DNA from: a virus
Strand: one strand, 5' to 3'
IMG/VR virus record: IMGVR_UViG_3300042934_000619
Span: 1-64,000 of that record
Length of the DNA: 64,000 nt
Shown here piece by piece: positions 28,528 to 38,533 of the stretch. Each line of letters begins with the position of its first letter. Position 1 is the first letter of the stretch. Below the pieces are notes generated by a model, which was given only the letters and a program-made list of their open reading frames with translations, had not been told where the DNA came from and made no database searches. Both the position numbers and the translations under genes were made by a program.

Positions 28528-29064
28528 ATGAGTGTGCGGAGACGGGATGCCGACGCTGTGTACACAGCGGTCGGCGAGGAGCTGCGAACTGCGCGTGTCA
28601 TCAGGTGGAAGACGCAAGACGACGTGGCGGAAGCGCTGGGGATCAGCCGGACCACGGTGACCAACCTCGAAGCGTCACGGCACCGGCTGCGTATGGACCG
28701 GTTCCTCGACTGGTGCGACTACCTGAACGTGGACCCGGCGGACATCATCACCAGGATTGCGGAGCAGACGCGCCCAGCCCTGGTGACAGAAGGAAACAAC
28801 ATGGACAAGCAACCCACGGCTGTCGACGTACTGGCGGCGAAGGTCAACCTTGACCCTGACGCGCTGGCTGTGATGCGCAACTGCCAGGACCGGCTGACGG
28901 CTCTGGTGGGGGATCTGGACCGGGCGATGGCCGATCAGCAGGGATACCCGGACGAGACCGGCCAGCGGATCGTCCGTGCGCTGCTGCTGCGCGGCACCCT
29001 GGAGAACCTGGTGCACAACGCCATCCTCGCCCAGTCGCAGAAAGAGAAGGAGACACAGGAATGA
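28528..29064 (+). CDS. XRE-family HTH regulator, possibly fused to a second ORF starting at 28801
   Basis: KTQDDVAEALGISRTTVTNLE; internal RBS AGAAGGA before ATG at 28801. Confidence 0.75.
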   Translation: MSVRRRDADAVYTAVGEELRTARVIRWKTQDDVAEALGISRTTVTNLEASRHRLRMDRFLDWCDYLNVDPADIITRIAEQTRPALVTEGNNMDKQPTAVDVLAAKVNLDPDALAVMRNCQDRLTALVGDLDRAMADQQGYPDETGQRIVRALLLRGTLENLVHNAILAQSQKEKETQE

Positions 29065-29702
29065 GCGACTACAGGGGCCCGCGTGCCCGCATGACCCTGA
29101 CCGTACCCGAAGGGGAGGTCGACGGCCTGAAGGTGGAACGCTTCGAGGTCAAGCCGTTCGACCGGCACAACCTCCGGCAGGAGATCAAGCACGGACGAGG
29201 CACCAGGCCCGGCATGTACACCCGTCTCATCGACTACAAGTCGGACGAGTTCTGGATGTCGGACACCGACGCCGAGAAGGAGGACCACGTCGAGCCGGTC
29301 AACGCCATCGAGTTCGAGAAGGCGGAGCGGGTCCTGATCAACGGCCTCGGCCTCGGCATGGTGCTGACGGCGGCACTGTCCTACGACCACGTCAAGCATG
29401 TGGACGTCGTCGAGTCCGACGAGCGGGTCATCAAGCTGGTCGGCCCTCACTACACCAAGGACCCACGGGTCAACATCATCCACGGCGACGCCTACAAGAC
29501 GGCGTCCCCGAAGGTGTGGGCTCGTGGTACCCGGTGGGACGTGGTCTGGTCGGACATCTGGCCCGCGATCAGCACCGCCAATCTGCCCGGAATGGATCAG
29601 CTGCACAAGTTCTATCGGCGCCGGTCCGTCTACCACGGCATGCGGGCACGCAAGATGTGCCTGCGCCTGCGCCGTGAGGAGAAGGCGTACGGCCTGGTGT
29701 GA
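29061..29702 (+). CDS. SAM-dependent methyltransferase-fold (spermidine-synthase-like) protein
   Basis: WMSDT..E, VLINGLGLG, VDVVE....VI.LV, IIHGDA, WD..W.DIW. Confidence 0.8.
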   Translation: MSDYRGPRARMTLTVPEGEVDGLKVERFEVKPFDRHNLRQEIKHGRGTRPGMYTRLIDYKSDEFWMSDTDAEKEDHVEPVNAIEFEKAERVLINGLGLGMVLTAALSYDHVKHVDVVESDERVIKLVGPHYTKDPRVNIIHGDAYKTASPKVWARGTRWDVVWSDIWPAISTANLPGMDQLHKFYRRRSVYHGMRARKMCLRLRREEKAYGLV

Positions 29703-29733
29703 CACCCACCGATACAGCGAAGGAGAAGGAGAC

Positions 29734-30051
29734 ATGACAGCCGAAACGCAAGAGCCGACGGAGCCGACCGAGTTGACGACCGGGATGTTCGAGCTGCTGC
29801 TGAACATGACCGGCGGCGACGTCGAGTGCCAGCAGCCGAACACCCGGACGCTGGTGCGACGGCTGCACGGGGCGAAGTACGTCAACAGTTCCCGGTGGAG
29901 GGTCGAGCTGTCCGACGAGGACATGCGGACCATCGACTACATCTTCCAGGTGTACACCCTGAACCACCGGGCGATGGGGATCCGGTTCCACCGCTACCTG
30001 TACCACCGCTCCGAGCGGTACCGCCAGGTTGTCGGGCGGTGGGATGCGTGA
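29734..30051 (+). CDS. hypothetical protein
   Basis: RBS GAAGGAG. Confidence 0.75.
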   Translation: MTAETQEPTEPTELTTGMFELLLNMTGGDVECQQPNTRTLVRRLHGAKYVNSSRWRVELSDEDMRTIDYIFQVYTLNHRAMGIRFHRYLYHRSERYRQVVGRWDA

Positions 30052-30079
30052 GCGAGCGTGAGAAAAGGAAGGAAGTCTG

Positions 30080-30316
30080 ATGGAAGAGAACAAGATTGAG
30101 GTGGCCTTCTTCTCGATGGGCCAGACCCTTTACCTGGACGTTCCGCGTGCGGAGATCCCCCGGATCGGCGAGACGGTCCGGTTCTGGGGCGAGTCCGTGG
30201 AGGGATCCATCTGGGCGGACATCGAGTTCATCATCACCGGCGTGACCCGCTCCTACGACAAGGATACCCAGGAGCTGACGTTCGTGGGTGTCCAGCTCAC
30301 CCGTGATGACATCTAG
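30080..30316 (+). CDS. hypothetical protein
   Basis: RBS AAGGAAG. Confidence 0.7.
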   Translation: MEENKIEVAFFSMGQTLYLDVPRAEIPRIGETVRFWGESVEGSIWADIEFIITGVTRSYDKDTQELTFVGVQLTRDDI

Positions 30317-30821
30317 TCTCATCGCCCACCTGCGCCTGCTCGGTCGACATGACCGGTCGGTGTGGGTGGGCGGGTTCATGTGGCGGTACTGCCTGCACCG
30401 GTCACACCGTCACGGGCTCCCATGCTTCCGGTGGTTCGTCTACGACAGCTACTGCACCCATCACAACGGGCGCTGCTACGTTGGCTGTTCGACGGACAAC
30501 TGATGGTTGTTTGGTGGAGGATCTGTGGATGTGATCGCTGAAATCCTGATCGGCTGGTGCACGATCCACGGCCTTATCTACTTTTCACTGGCCGTGCTGA
30601 TCGTCTCCATCGTGCTGTACATCTCCCACGTGAGATGGGAGAGGCGGGCGTGGTCCCCGAGGCGGGGTCCGCTGCATGCCCGGACACAACACAAGTGAGA
30701 GAAGGAGAAGGAAGAGTGAAGACAAAGCGTATGCTCGCCGCGCTGGCAGGTGTGGCCCTGACCGGAGCCCTGCTGACGGGATGCAACGGCGGGGACGACG
30801 ACTGCGACGACGACGGCTGAC

Positions 30822-31064
30822 GTGTCCCTCGTCGACCTGGTCTACGGAATCGTGATGGTCGGCTGGCTGGTTGGCGTGGGCCTGTTGACCCACGCCGTAC
30901 CGCTCGCACTGAACGACAACGAGGACATCCCGGACTACATTCAGACGGCGATTTTCCTGTATCCCGAGCGGGCTTCCATGGTGCTGTCCATCGTCATCGT
31001 GGTGTGGCCGCTGACCGTTCCGGCACTCCTTGGCATGGCCTACTACAGGAAGGAGGAGAGATGA
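30822..31064 (+). CDS. small two-TM membrane protein
   Basis: Two hydrophobic helices, ..VVWP.. Confidence 0.65.
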   Translation: MSLVDLVYGIVMVGWLVGVGLLTHAVPLALNDNEDIPDYIQTAIFLYPERASMVLSIVIVVWPLTVPALLGMAYYRKEER

Positions 31065-31446
31065 CTGAGCGACCGCCGATGCTCGATGACCTGCTGAACT
31101 ACGTCAGCGAGCGACTCGACGAAGAGATCGTCGATGAGCGTGTTCGTGTGATCCGTGAGCTGCGGGCAACGATTCCGGAGGAGGAGTTCCGGAAGCTGAT
31201 GTTCTCCGGCGACACGGTGCTGTACCTGCTGGACCGCCTCGGTGTGCGGGTGTCCGTCAGGCGGATGAGGACGGCCTGTTCAACTGTCAGCAGCCGTACC
31301 TTCTGGAGAAGGCGGGCGCGGAGCTGCGCGCCTCTCACGTCGCGGCGGCCTGTGAGTTCGTCAAGGACAAGCTCCGCCCTGCGGTCAGCGCGATGCAGGA
31401 CGACGCCAAGACGGAGCCGGGAGAGTGTGATGAGGAGGACGGATGA
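31061..31446 (+). pseudogene. hypothetical gene with apparent 1-nt frameshift at about 31259
   Basis: Coding-like sequence continues in another frame whose TGA overlaps the next ATG at 31443. Confidence 0.6.
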
Positions 31447-31680
31447 TCAACAGCTGGGATGACTACCTCGATGTCGCTTTCGCGGAGAACGAAGACGGAA
31501 CGCTCGGCGTCAACCGGGACCTGCGGCTGGAGATGACGCCGAAGTTCCGGCGCATCTACGACCGCACGGTCCGGCGCATCGTCAACGAGAACACGGTCTA
31601 CCCCTACACCCGACGGTATGTGGAGGTGACGGCCCGCAAACACCGGGCCCGTCGCCGCAGGAAGAGGGGGTGAGGCGGAC

Positions 31681-31989
31681 GTGAGCTGGGCCAGGAATCG
31701 GCTGCACGACGAGTTCGGGTGCGACGGCACGTTCGAGTGCTGCCGTGTCGGTGACCTGCTTCAGCAGGTGGCTGACGACCGTGCGCACAGGGATGCCGAG
31801 GTGCTGCGGGCGCAGGCCCGTAGGATCGAGGTCGAGTACGGCGACAAGCACGGCGAGGTGTACAAGCTGTACCTGTACGGCGCGAAGGAACTGCGCCGCG
31901 CGGCCAGCAACCTCGACCCGTACGACAACGTGCCAGGCACGAACATCCTGGTGCGGAAGTCGGACGGCAGGCACGTGATGAGAGAGTAG
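31681..31989 (+). CDS. hypothetical protein
   Basis: High GC3. Confidence 0.7.
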   Translation: MSWARNRLHDEFGCDGTFECCRVGDLLQQVADDRAHRDAEVLRAQARRIEVEYGDKHGEVYKLYLYGAKELRRAASNLDPYDNVPGTNILVRKSDGRHVMRE

Positions 31990-31999
31990 AAGGAGACAC

Positions 32000-33400
32000 G
32001 TGACAACGCTCAGCCCGGAGCAGGATAAGGCGCTCGATCAGATACTCGACTGGTACGAGCGCCAGCCTCGCAACTGGATCCACTGCAACGGGGCCACCGA
32101 CTGCCCCAGCTTCCCGCATACGCACGGCACCGGCGCGCTGGCTCCGGTGTTCGCCGTCGGCGGGTGGGCCGGGTCCGGCAAGACGACCCTGATGCGGGTG
32201 CTCGACGAGACCATCGGCGGCGAGGTGATGTTCGGTACGCCCACCCACAAGGCGGCGGGCGTGCTGCGCAAAAAGCTCTCGTCGGCGCAGGCGGAACGGG
32301 TGCGCACCTACCACTCGGTGGTCTACCAGATGACGCCGACATACCGGTGCTCGGCGACGAACCGGCTCGTCATGAAGGTCAACACCAAGTGCACCTGCGG
32401 GAAGGAGGACGCGTGCGAGTGCCCGGTGTCCTTCCTGCCCTGCGGATCCGGCGGCACGCACGAGTGCAAGGTGACGCAGGAGCTTCGCGCCGAACGGCGG
32501 CAGCATCTCGGCGGGCACCGTGACGTGATTGTGATCGACGAGTCGTCGATGCTGTCCAAGCAGCACGTCGAGGATGTGCGCCGCTTTGGTGTGCCGGTCA
32601 TCCTGGTCGGGGACAGCGGCCAGCTGCCGCCGATCAAGGAGCCGATGAATCCGTGGATCATGAACCCGGACGTGGAGCTGAAGGAGATTCACCGGCAGGG
32701 TGCCGACTCCGGCATTCTGCTGGCGGCTCACGATGTCCGTATCAAGGGGTTCATGTCGCAGTCGTCGTACGGCAAGGGCGACACGGTCCGGATGGTTCGC
32801 CCGGATCCTCGGGTCGGTGAGCTGTTGAACCGCTTCACCCCTGGTGAGGATGGTGCGCTGATCACCTACACCAACAAGATGCGGGCCATGTTCAACCGGG
32901 TTTACCACGACTCCCGGACCGGCGGTGGCCCTGTTGCCGAAGGTGATCGAGTGGTGTCCCTCGGAGGCCAGCCCTACGAGGCGGACCTGGTGGAGATGGA
33001 CGGCGGGACGCCGCGCCTGAAGGCGCAGATGACCCGGGTCCACAACGGGATGACCGGCACGGTGGTCAAGGTGTCGGTCCGCAGCGTCATGGCGGAGCTG
33101 TACATCCAACTCGACGATCATCCGCTGGCCACGAAGGACGAGCCGGTGATCATCTACACCGGCGCTGTGCCTGTCGCCCAGTTCGGAGCGGAGAAGGAAC
33201 TTCCGTTCAACTCCCCTGATCGCCCCAAGGGTTCGCGTCTGTGGGACTACGCGTATGCTCTGACCGCGCACAAGGCGCAGGGTTCGGAGTTCCCGAAGGT
33301 GATCGTGGTGGATCAGGGTCCCCGCGAGTACCGGCAGTGGATGTACACGGCACTGACGCGGGCTCAGGAAGCTGCGGTCGTCATCGACTGGACCAAGTGA
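32000..33400 (+). CDS. RecD/Dda-like SF1B helicase
   Basis: GWAGSGKTT, PTHKAA, IDESSM, GDSGQLPP, YALTAHKAQGSE, YTALTRA. Confidence 0.95.
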   Translation: MTTLSPEQDKALDQILDWYERQPRNWIHCNGATDCPSFPHTHGTGALAPVFAVGGWAGSGKTTLMRVLDETIGGEVMFGTPTHKAAGVLRKKLSSAQAERVRTYHSVVYQMTPTYRCSATNRLVMKVNTKCTCGKEDACECPVSFLPCGSGGTHECKVTQELRAERRQHLGGHRDVIVIDESSMLSKQHVEDVRRFGVPVILVGDSGQLPPIKEPMNPWIMNPDVELKEIHRQGADSGILLAAHDVRIKGFMSQSSYGKGDTVRMVRPDPRVGELLNRFTPGEDGALITYTNKMRAMFNRVYHDSRTGGGPVAEGDRVVSLGGQPYEADLVEMDGGTPRLKAQMTRVHNGMTGTVVKVSVRSVMAELYIQLDDHPLATKDEPVIIYTGAVPVAQFGAEKELPFNSPDRPKGSRLWDYAYALTAHKAQGSEFPKVIVVDQGPREYRQWMYTALTRAQEAAVVIDWTK

Positions 33401-33601
33401 CAACGGAAGCGAAGGTGACAGGAACGTGACAGGTATACGTTACGTGCTGGTGGTGCTGGCGGTGACGGTGATCATCGTCGGTTTCAGTGTGGCGCTGTCC
33501 GGCAGCGGTGTGTAGATAGTTGCGCGGTTGTCGGTAGACTGCGCAACAACGGCGCAGGGGTGGTCAGTTCGCTGGCCACCCTTTTGCCTTGAGAAGGAGA
33601 C

Positions 33602-33880
33602 ATGACATACAAGCCAGCGCTGGCGATAGCGGATGAGCTGACGGACGATCTTCGCTTGATCTTGGCAGAGATCGCCAACGGAAAGTCTGTCGCCCAGATC
33701 GGCAGGAACATGGACCTGACAGTCGGTCAGGTGGCGTATCGAGTGCATCAGCTCTTCTGCCTCTTCGGTGTCAACAACAGGCATCACCTGGTGGGGGTGG
33801 CGTTCCGGTTCGGCTACCTCAAGCCGGATCAGGTGCTGAATGTGCACGAACAGAAGGAAGCGAAGGAGACAGAGACGTGA
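33602..33880 (+). CDS. LuxR-type HTH protein
   Basis: LT.....IL..IANG.S..QIG......TV......LF..FGV.NR..LV..A...G. Confidence 0.8.
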   Translation: MTYKPALAIADELTDDLRLILAEIANGKSVAQIGRNMDLTVGQVAYRVHQLFCLFGVNNRHHLVGVAFRFGYLKPDQVLNVHEQKEAKETET

Positions 33881-34348
33881 TCGATGGAGAAGGGGAGCCG
33901 GAGCGCTACGCCTTCAAGGTGGAGGGCGCCCTGGTCTCCGGGACGCTGGACGACTACGCGCAGGCGTGCAAGTGGGCCCACTACGGGGATCTGTCGGTGT
34001 CCGCCACGGTGCTGACCTGGTCCGGCACCCACCACAAGGTGAGCACCAAGCGGTCCAGTGACGACGGCGACATGATCCGTTACGAGATCTCCGCCAACGG
34101 TGAGCGGGCCTGGTACAGCATCGACGGGAGGGCCTGACCATGAACGAGATGCTTCCCATGGGTGTCACGGTCACCGTGACGCCGACCAGTTCGGTGCGCG
34201 GCCCTGCGTACCGTGCGCGGATCGTCGGCTACAACCCGGAACGGACCAAGTACCACCTCGGTGCCGAGGTGGCCCCCGGGCAGTTCGCCAAGGGCGGGTC
34301 GTGGGCTCTGCCCGGCGAGGTCCAGCCCACGCAGAAGCGGAGGAAGGC

Positions 34349-35239
34349 ATGAAGGAGACGGTGAAGCGGCGCGTGATGGCCGCTGTAGAGCAGGCCAAGG
34401 AGATCCTCGGGGAGAAGGAGCCCGCCATCGTGCGGGTGACGGACGTCGCCGATCGTGTCGCTGGACGCCTTGGCATCTCGCAGGTGACGGCGAAGAAGTA
34501 CCTGCGCATCGGCTGCGACGAGGGTGAGCTGGTCGAGCTGGAGCCGAACAGCAGGTTCTACGTGGATCTGCCCGAGGCGACCGAAGCAGGTATCCGCGAC
34601 CTGCGGATCGTCCAGCAGCACGCGTACAAGGACGGACGCTACGCCGCGTCGTACCTGATCCTGTCGACGGACGAGGAGAAGAATCCGCCGAGCAGCTACG
34701 GGCCCGGCAACACCACGTACCTGGTCACCACCGGGTACGTGACCCGTCTTGTCGCGCAGATCGCCGCCGAGAGGAAGGCGAAGGAGGAGCAGGAGAAGGC
34801 GGAGCGCGAGGAGCGGAAGAAGGCGGAGCGCGCGGAGATCCGGCGCCGTAACCCCGATCTGCTCACGACGGCGCGACGCCTGTCCCTGATCCTGGGAGCC
34901 GCCGACGGCTATGACGGGCGTGTGCGGGCGTGGCTGCACGAGCCCGCGCTGTCGGGCTACAAGGGACGCCCCAAGGAACCGATCGAGGAGTGGGACCTGC
35001 ACTTCGACGTGGGCAGCAGTGGCGGCGTGGTCCCGGTCCTCATGGAGATCCTGGATCACGGGCTGGGCATGTACCTCGTCGGCCAGCCGAAGGTGCACTG
35101 CGTGCACTGTGGCGAACGCATCATGCGCTTCGAGCGTCAGGGCGGCTGGTGGTGGCACCTGAACTCCACCAACGCCAAGTGCAAGGACGCCGACACCAAG
35201 GCTATGCCGCCGGAGGGTGAACGGAATCCGGAAGCGTGA
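34349..35239 (+). CDS. hypothetical protein (N-terminal wHTH-like, coiled coil, CxxC)
   Basis: VAGRLGISQVTAKKYL; EK-rich helix; CVHC. Confidence 0.8.
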   Translation: MKETVKRRVMAAVEQAKEILGEKEPAIVRVTDVADRVAGRLGISQVTAKKYLRIGCDEGELVELEPNSRFYVDLPEATEAGIRDLRIVQQHAYKDGRYAASYLILSTDEEKNPPSSYGPGNTTYLVTTGYVTRLVAQIAAERKAKEEQEKAEREERKKAERAEIRRRNPDLLTTARRLSLILGAADGYDGRVRAWLHEPALSGYKGRPKEPIEEWDLHFDVGSSGGVVPVLMEILDHGLGMYLVGQPKVHCVHCGERIMRFERQGGWWWHLNSTNAKCKDADTKAMPPEGERNPEA

Positions 35240-35637
35240 TCTTCAGGTTCCTGGACCCGGTGCTGCGATGGCGGCGCCGGGTCCTCTGGCAGGTGGACAA
35301 AGACACTGCTCTGGAGATAGAGAAAGGCTGGGCGATGGTGCCGGACGAGAAGCTGAACCATCACAACCGGCTGTCCAGGCGCATGTTGCAGGATCCCCGC
35401 GTGCGTCTGACACTGCTCCCGTGCATTCTGACCGATCGGGAGCTTGAGGTGCTGATCGGGGCGGCACGGGGTGAGACTGCGGGGAAGACGGCACGTCGTC
35501 TGGGGATCCAGCTGGACACGGTCAAGAGGCACCGGTTTCGTCTGATTCACCGGATGGCCGCCGACAACATCGCGCATGCTGTAGCCCTGGCGGTGCTGGC
35601 GAGGTGGATAACGGAGAAGGATCTGAGAGGGGAGTGA
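35236..35637 (+). CDS. LuxR-type HTH protein
   Basis: LTDRELEVL..AARG.T....A.RLGI..DTVK.H. Confidence 0.85.
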   Translation: MIFRFLDPVLRWRRRVLWQVDKDTALEIEKGWAMVPDEKLNHHNRLSRRMLQDPRVRLTLLPCILTDRELEVLIGAARGETAGKTARRLGIQLDTVKRHRFRLIHRMAADNIAHAVALAVLARWITEKDLRGE

Positions 35638-35644
35638 GGGGCGC

Positions 35645-36118
35645 ATGACGCGGTGGAAGTTCGACGCGGACCGTAAGGATCCGCTGACGGCGCGCAGGAT
35701 CCCGGTCACTCCGCCGTGGCCGATGTGGGGGTACTTCGCGGCGTTCGACAAGGACAGTCCGCAGCGGCCGACCGAGGTCGAGGTGCGGATGATCCAGTCG
35801 TACATCGCCATGGTGCGGCAGGGGTGGGAGGCAGCCATCAAGGGTGCGGAGATGGACCAGGAGCCTCTCGACTGGTTCCCCGGGTACAACACGCTTGTGT
35901 TGCACAAGTACGCCCGCGACGACTGGGCGCACCGTCGACCGTCGTGGGTCACGCCCCCTGTGTATCCGCCCTCTCCGAGGGGTCGCCGTCCGCAGCAGAA
36001 GGCGATGACGCTGGTGCAGGTCATGGATTACGTGTGTGTCGACCCGCGCACCGGCGAGGTCGGTGAGGGCTGGCAGAAGTGGAAGGCCGAGCGCCCGGAG
36101 ATCTTTGACCAGGGATAG
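35645..36118 (+). CDS. hypothetical protein
   Basis: High GC3. Confidence 0.8.
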   Translation: MTRWKFDADRKDPLTARRIPVTPPWPMWGYFAAFDKDSPQRPTEVEVRMIQSYIAMVRQGWEAAIKGAEMDQEPLDWFPGYNTLVLHKYARDDWAHRRPSWVTPPVYPPSPRGRRPQQKAMTLVQVMDYVCVDPRTGEVGEGWQKWKAERPEIFDQG

Positions 36119-36135
36119 ACGAGGATGAAGGTGAC

Positions 36136-36810
36136 ATGACAGAAGGTAACGGGGCGCTGTGCCCGACTCCGCGAAAATCCAGGTACGCCACGATGGAGGC
36201 GGCGATTCCCGCCGCCCGTCGTGCCAGCAACGCGTTGAACAAGAGCCTCGCGCCGTACGAAAACTGTCCGTGCGGGTGGATCCATCTCACCAGCCGGAAA
36301 GGGCCGAAGGTCAATGAACCTGCGCTCGGCGACGGGCCGGTGGACGATGTGACGTTCGCGCTGGTTGTCCGGGATGAGGTGGTGGGACGCGCTGCTGAGG
36401 AAGATGCCGAGAAGTTGCGCTCCCCTGTGTATCTGTTGCGGTGGGCGGATGCGCTGAAGACGTTCCAGATTGATCTCGGGGCGCAGATGGCGGAGAAGCG
36501 GGGGCTCCAGGACGCGGCGACCAGGGAGTGGCGCAAGCGAATCCGGAAGGTGGAGAGCGGGCTGGCGGAGCGGCGTGCCGAAGCCAAGAACCTCACCCGC
36601 GAGAACCACATATGCCTCCGTAACGACAAGGGAAGGGGCAGATCCCCTGATGTTGTTGAACGGCGCAGGGTGGCAGGGGAGCGGGCGATCCGTCGACTGA
36701 AGGACGCGCATCCCGACGAGTTCATGACGTACCTGGCCGAGGAGTACGCGGCCGAGGGGCTTCCCCTGGGCGGGAAGCTCGCAGAGTACGCACCGAAAGG
36801 AGACGAGTGA
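36136..36810 (+). CDS. hypothetical protein with CP...K.RY...Y.C.CG..HLT motif
   Basis: N-terminal Cys/His motif, helical C-terminus. Confidence 0.8.
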   Translation: MTEGNGALCPTPRKSRYATMEAAIPAARRASNALNKSLAPYENCPCGWIHLTSRKGPKVNEPALGDGPVDDVTFALVVRDEVVGRAAEEDAEKLRSPVYLLRWADALKTFQIDLGAQMAEKRGLQDAATREWRKRIRKVESGLAERRAEAKNLTRENHICLRNDKGRGRSPDVVERRRVAGERAIRRLKDAHPDEFMTYLAEEYAAEGLPLGGKLAEYAPKGDE

Positions 36811-37265
36811 CCGACGATCAGGTGTACTGGCTCTACGATCACAGAGACGTCGATCCGCTCTGGGATCAGATGGCACCTGGCGAGCAGCCTGCGATGGCTG
36901 AGCTGCTGGGAACGATCGATATCCCCATGGTGCACCGGGAACTGTTGCGTGCGGCGTTGCCCGGTCTTCAGATTCTCGTAGATGTCAAGGGCAAGGGTAC
37001 GCAGCGGCTGGAGACTGCGCGGCTGCGGCAGCGGCTGTTCTTCCGGGAGAAAAACGGCCTGGTCACCCGGTGTGGTGACGACTTGCTCCGCATCCTTGAT
37101 CCGGCGGGGCTGCGTGACTTCGCCCTGAAGCACGACCTGTACATGCCGCTCGACGGACTCCGTCGCGCGCATGCCTGGGCGATTGCCGGTCATACCATGC
37201 TGCACCACCAGGAGGCAGAGGCTCTGATGGAGCTGATGCAGATGAGAGAAGGGATGGAGACGTGA
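36807..37265 (+). CDS. hypothetical protein
   Basis: GTGA overlap, RBS AAGGAG. Confidence 0.75.
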   Translation: MTDDQVYWLYDHRDVDPLWDQMAPGEQPAMAELLGTIDIPMVHRELLRAALPGLQILVDVKGKGTQRLETARLRQRLFFREKNGLVTRCGDDLLRILDPAGLRDFALKHDLYMPLDGLRRAHAWAIAGHTMLHHQEAEALMELMQMREGMET

Positions 37266-37600
37266 AGAAAGTACTGACCCGAGACACCCTGGAAGAGATC
37301 CTCGACGATGCCGGGCTCGACCCGGAGGACGTCGTCTACGACTGGCCGTCGGGGATGTACGGCGGCTATGGCGGCCACATGAGCTTCGCGATGAGGTTGA
37401 CCGACGAGCAGATGGCGCAGTTCTTCATGGCACTCGGTGCCCTGATCTCCTACGCCACGTACTCCAGCGACAAACGAACGTACCCCGAAGGCTTCGCCAA
37501 CCTGGCAAGCCTGCTCCCCAGTGGAACGGATTCTCTCGGCAAGGGAACCGTCACCTACTTCAGGGGCTGGGAGCTGGAGTCGGAGGACGGCGATGAGTGA
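37262..37600 (+). CDS. hypothetical protein
   Basis: GTGA overlap. Confidence 0.75.
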   Translation: MKKVLTRDTLEEILDDAGLDPEDVVYDWPSGMYGGYGGHMSFAMRLTDEQMAQFFMALGALISYATYSSDKRTYPEGFANLASLLPSGTDSLGKGTVTYFRGWELESEDGDE

Positions 37601-37885
37601 GACCGACTACACCGAAGGCGACGGGCCGGTGCCCATCGGTGCGCTGATCGAGTACTTCGGCAGCGAGGGGCATGGTCGATACAGGATCACCAAGCACGAC
37701 AGCCCCGACGACCACCCGTACCGGCAGTTCATGCCGGAGGACATCGCGGAGTTCTACCCCGACGGCGTGGCCTACGAGCTGTGGCCGGTGGGCGTGCCTC
37801 GGAAGTTCGGCAACAGGGACCGGGCTGTGTACTACGTGCGGCGCAAGTCGTTCCGTGTGCTGAGGAAGGAGAAGGAGAAGTAGAC

Positions 37886-38248
37886 ATGACGTTGTTGACG
37901 AAGGAGAAAAGCCACACCGGTGAGGAGTGGTTCCGCCTGCTCCTGAAGTACGAGCCGGAGGACATGACTTCCGTTCGGAGGGTGACCGGGGCGGGGCAGA
38001 TCGTCCCCGACACCTTCACGCTGGTGTGGAAGCGGTCTCTCGGCGAGCCGTGGAAGCGGGTGACCGGCGGTACGTACGGGTGTCTGGCCACCGGCCACGT
38101 CAAGGTTGAAGGACTGGCGGGCGCGCGTGGTCCCCGTCAGAACCGGGAGATCTTCACCCGGAATCTCGGTGAACTGAGGGGGTGGGCGGAGCGTCTGCCC
38201 GGCCTGCGACCGGCGATCGAGGAGGCGGAATCCCGGCTCCCGAAGTAG
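37886..38248 (+). CDS. hypothetical protein
   Basis: RBS AAGGAG. Confidence 0.7.
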   Translation: MTLLTKEKSHTGEEWFRLLLKYEPEDMTSVRRVTGAGQIVPDTFTLVWKRSLGEPWKRVTGGTYGCLATGHVKVEGLAGARGPRQNREIFTRNLGELRGWAERLPGLRPAIEEAESRLPK

Positions 38249-38269
38249 TACGACAAGACGAGGAGTTGA

Positions 38270-38300
38270 TTGACACAAGCTGTCGATTCGCTGCTAGTCT
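38270..38300 (+). promoter_or_regulatory. possible sigma70/HrdB promoter for the non-coding locus
   Basis: TTGACA-N19-TAGTCT (spacer slightly long). Confidence 0.45.
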
Positions 38301-38404
38301 GTCGGCATCTCGTCGGGGGACGAGAGTGCGGTAAACCTGCACAAGGAATCAACGCCTAGTGCAGAACTTCCCCACCCGGGCGCCGATCCGGGTGGGGATC
38401 TCAT

Positions 38405-38533
38405 CGGAGCGTGCGTCGGGTGACAACGGCGCGCAGTTGGACAGTTGAGGCATAAGACGACAGGGATAGCGCTCTGGTGCTAGCTGCTCCGTAGCGGGTC
38501 TCAGCGAGGGTGGTTCGAGTCCATCCGCTCCGG
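38405..38533 (+). ncRNA. tRNA-like RNA with enlarged anticodon domain
   Basis: Acceptor CGGAGCG/CGCTCCG, D-stem CGTC/GGCG, T-arm GGTGG-TTCGAGT-CCATC, 8-bp stem GCAGTTGG/CTAGCTGC enclosing 39 nt. Confidence 0.65.

Noticed and set aside
38405-38533. Intron-containing or selenocysteine tRNA
   Set aside because: Insert is far too short for a group I/II intron, no removal gives a convincing canonical loop, and there is no UCA anticodon or extended acceptor stem
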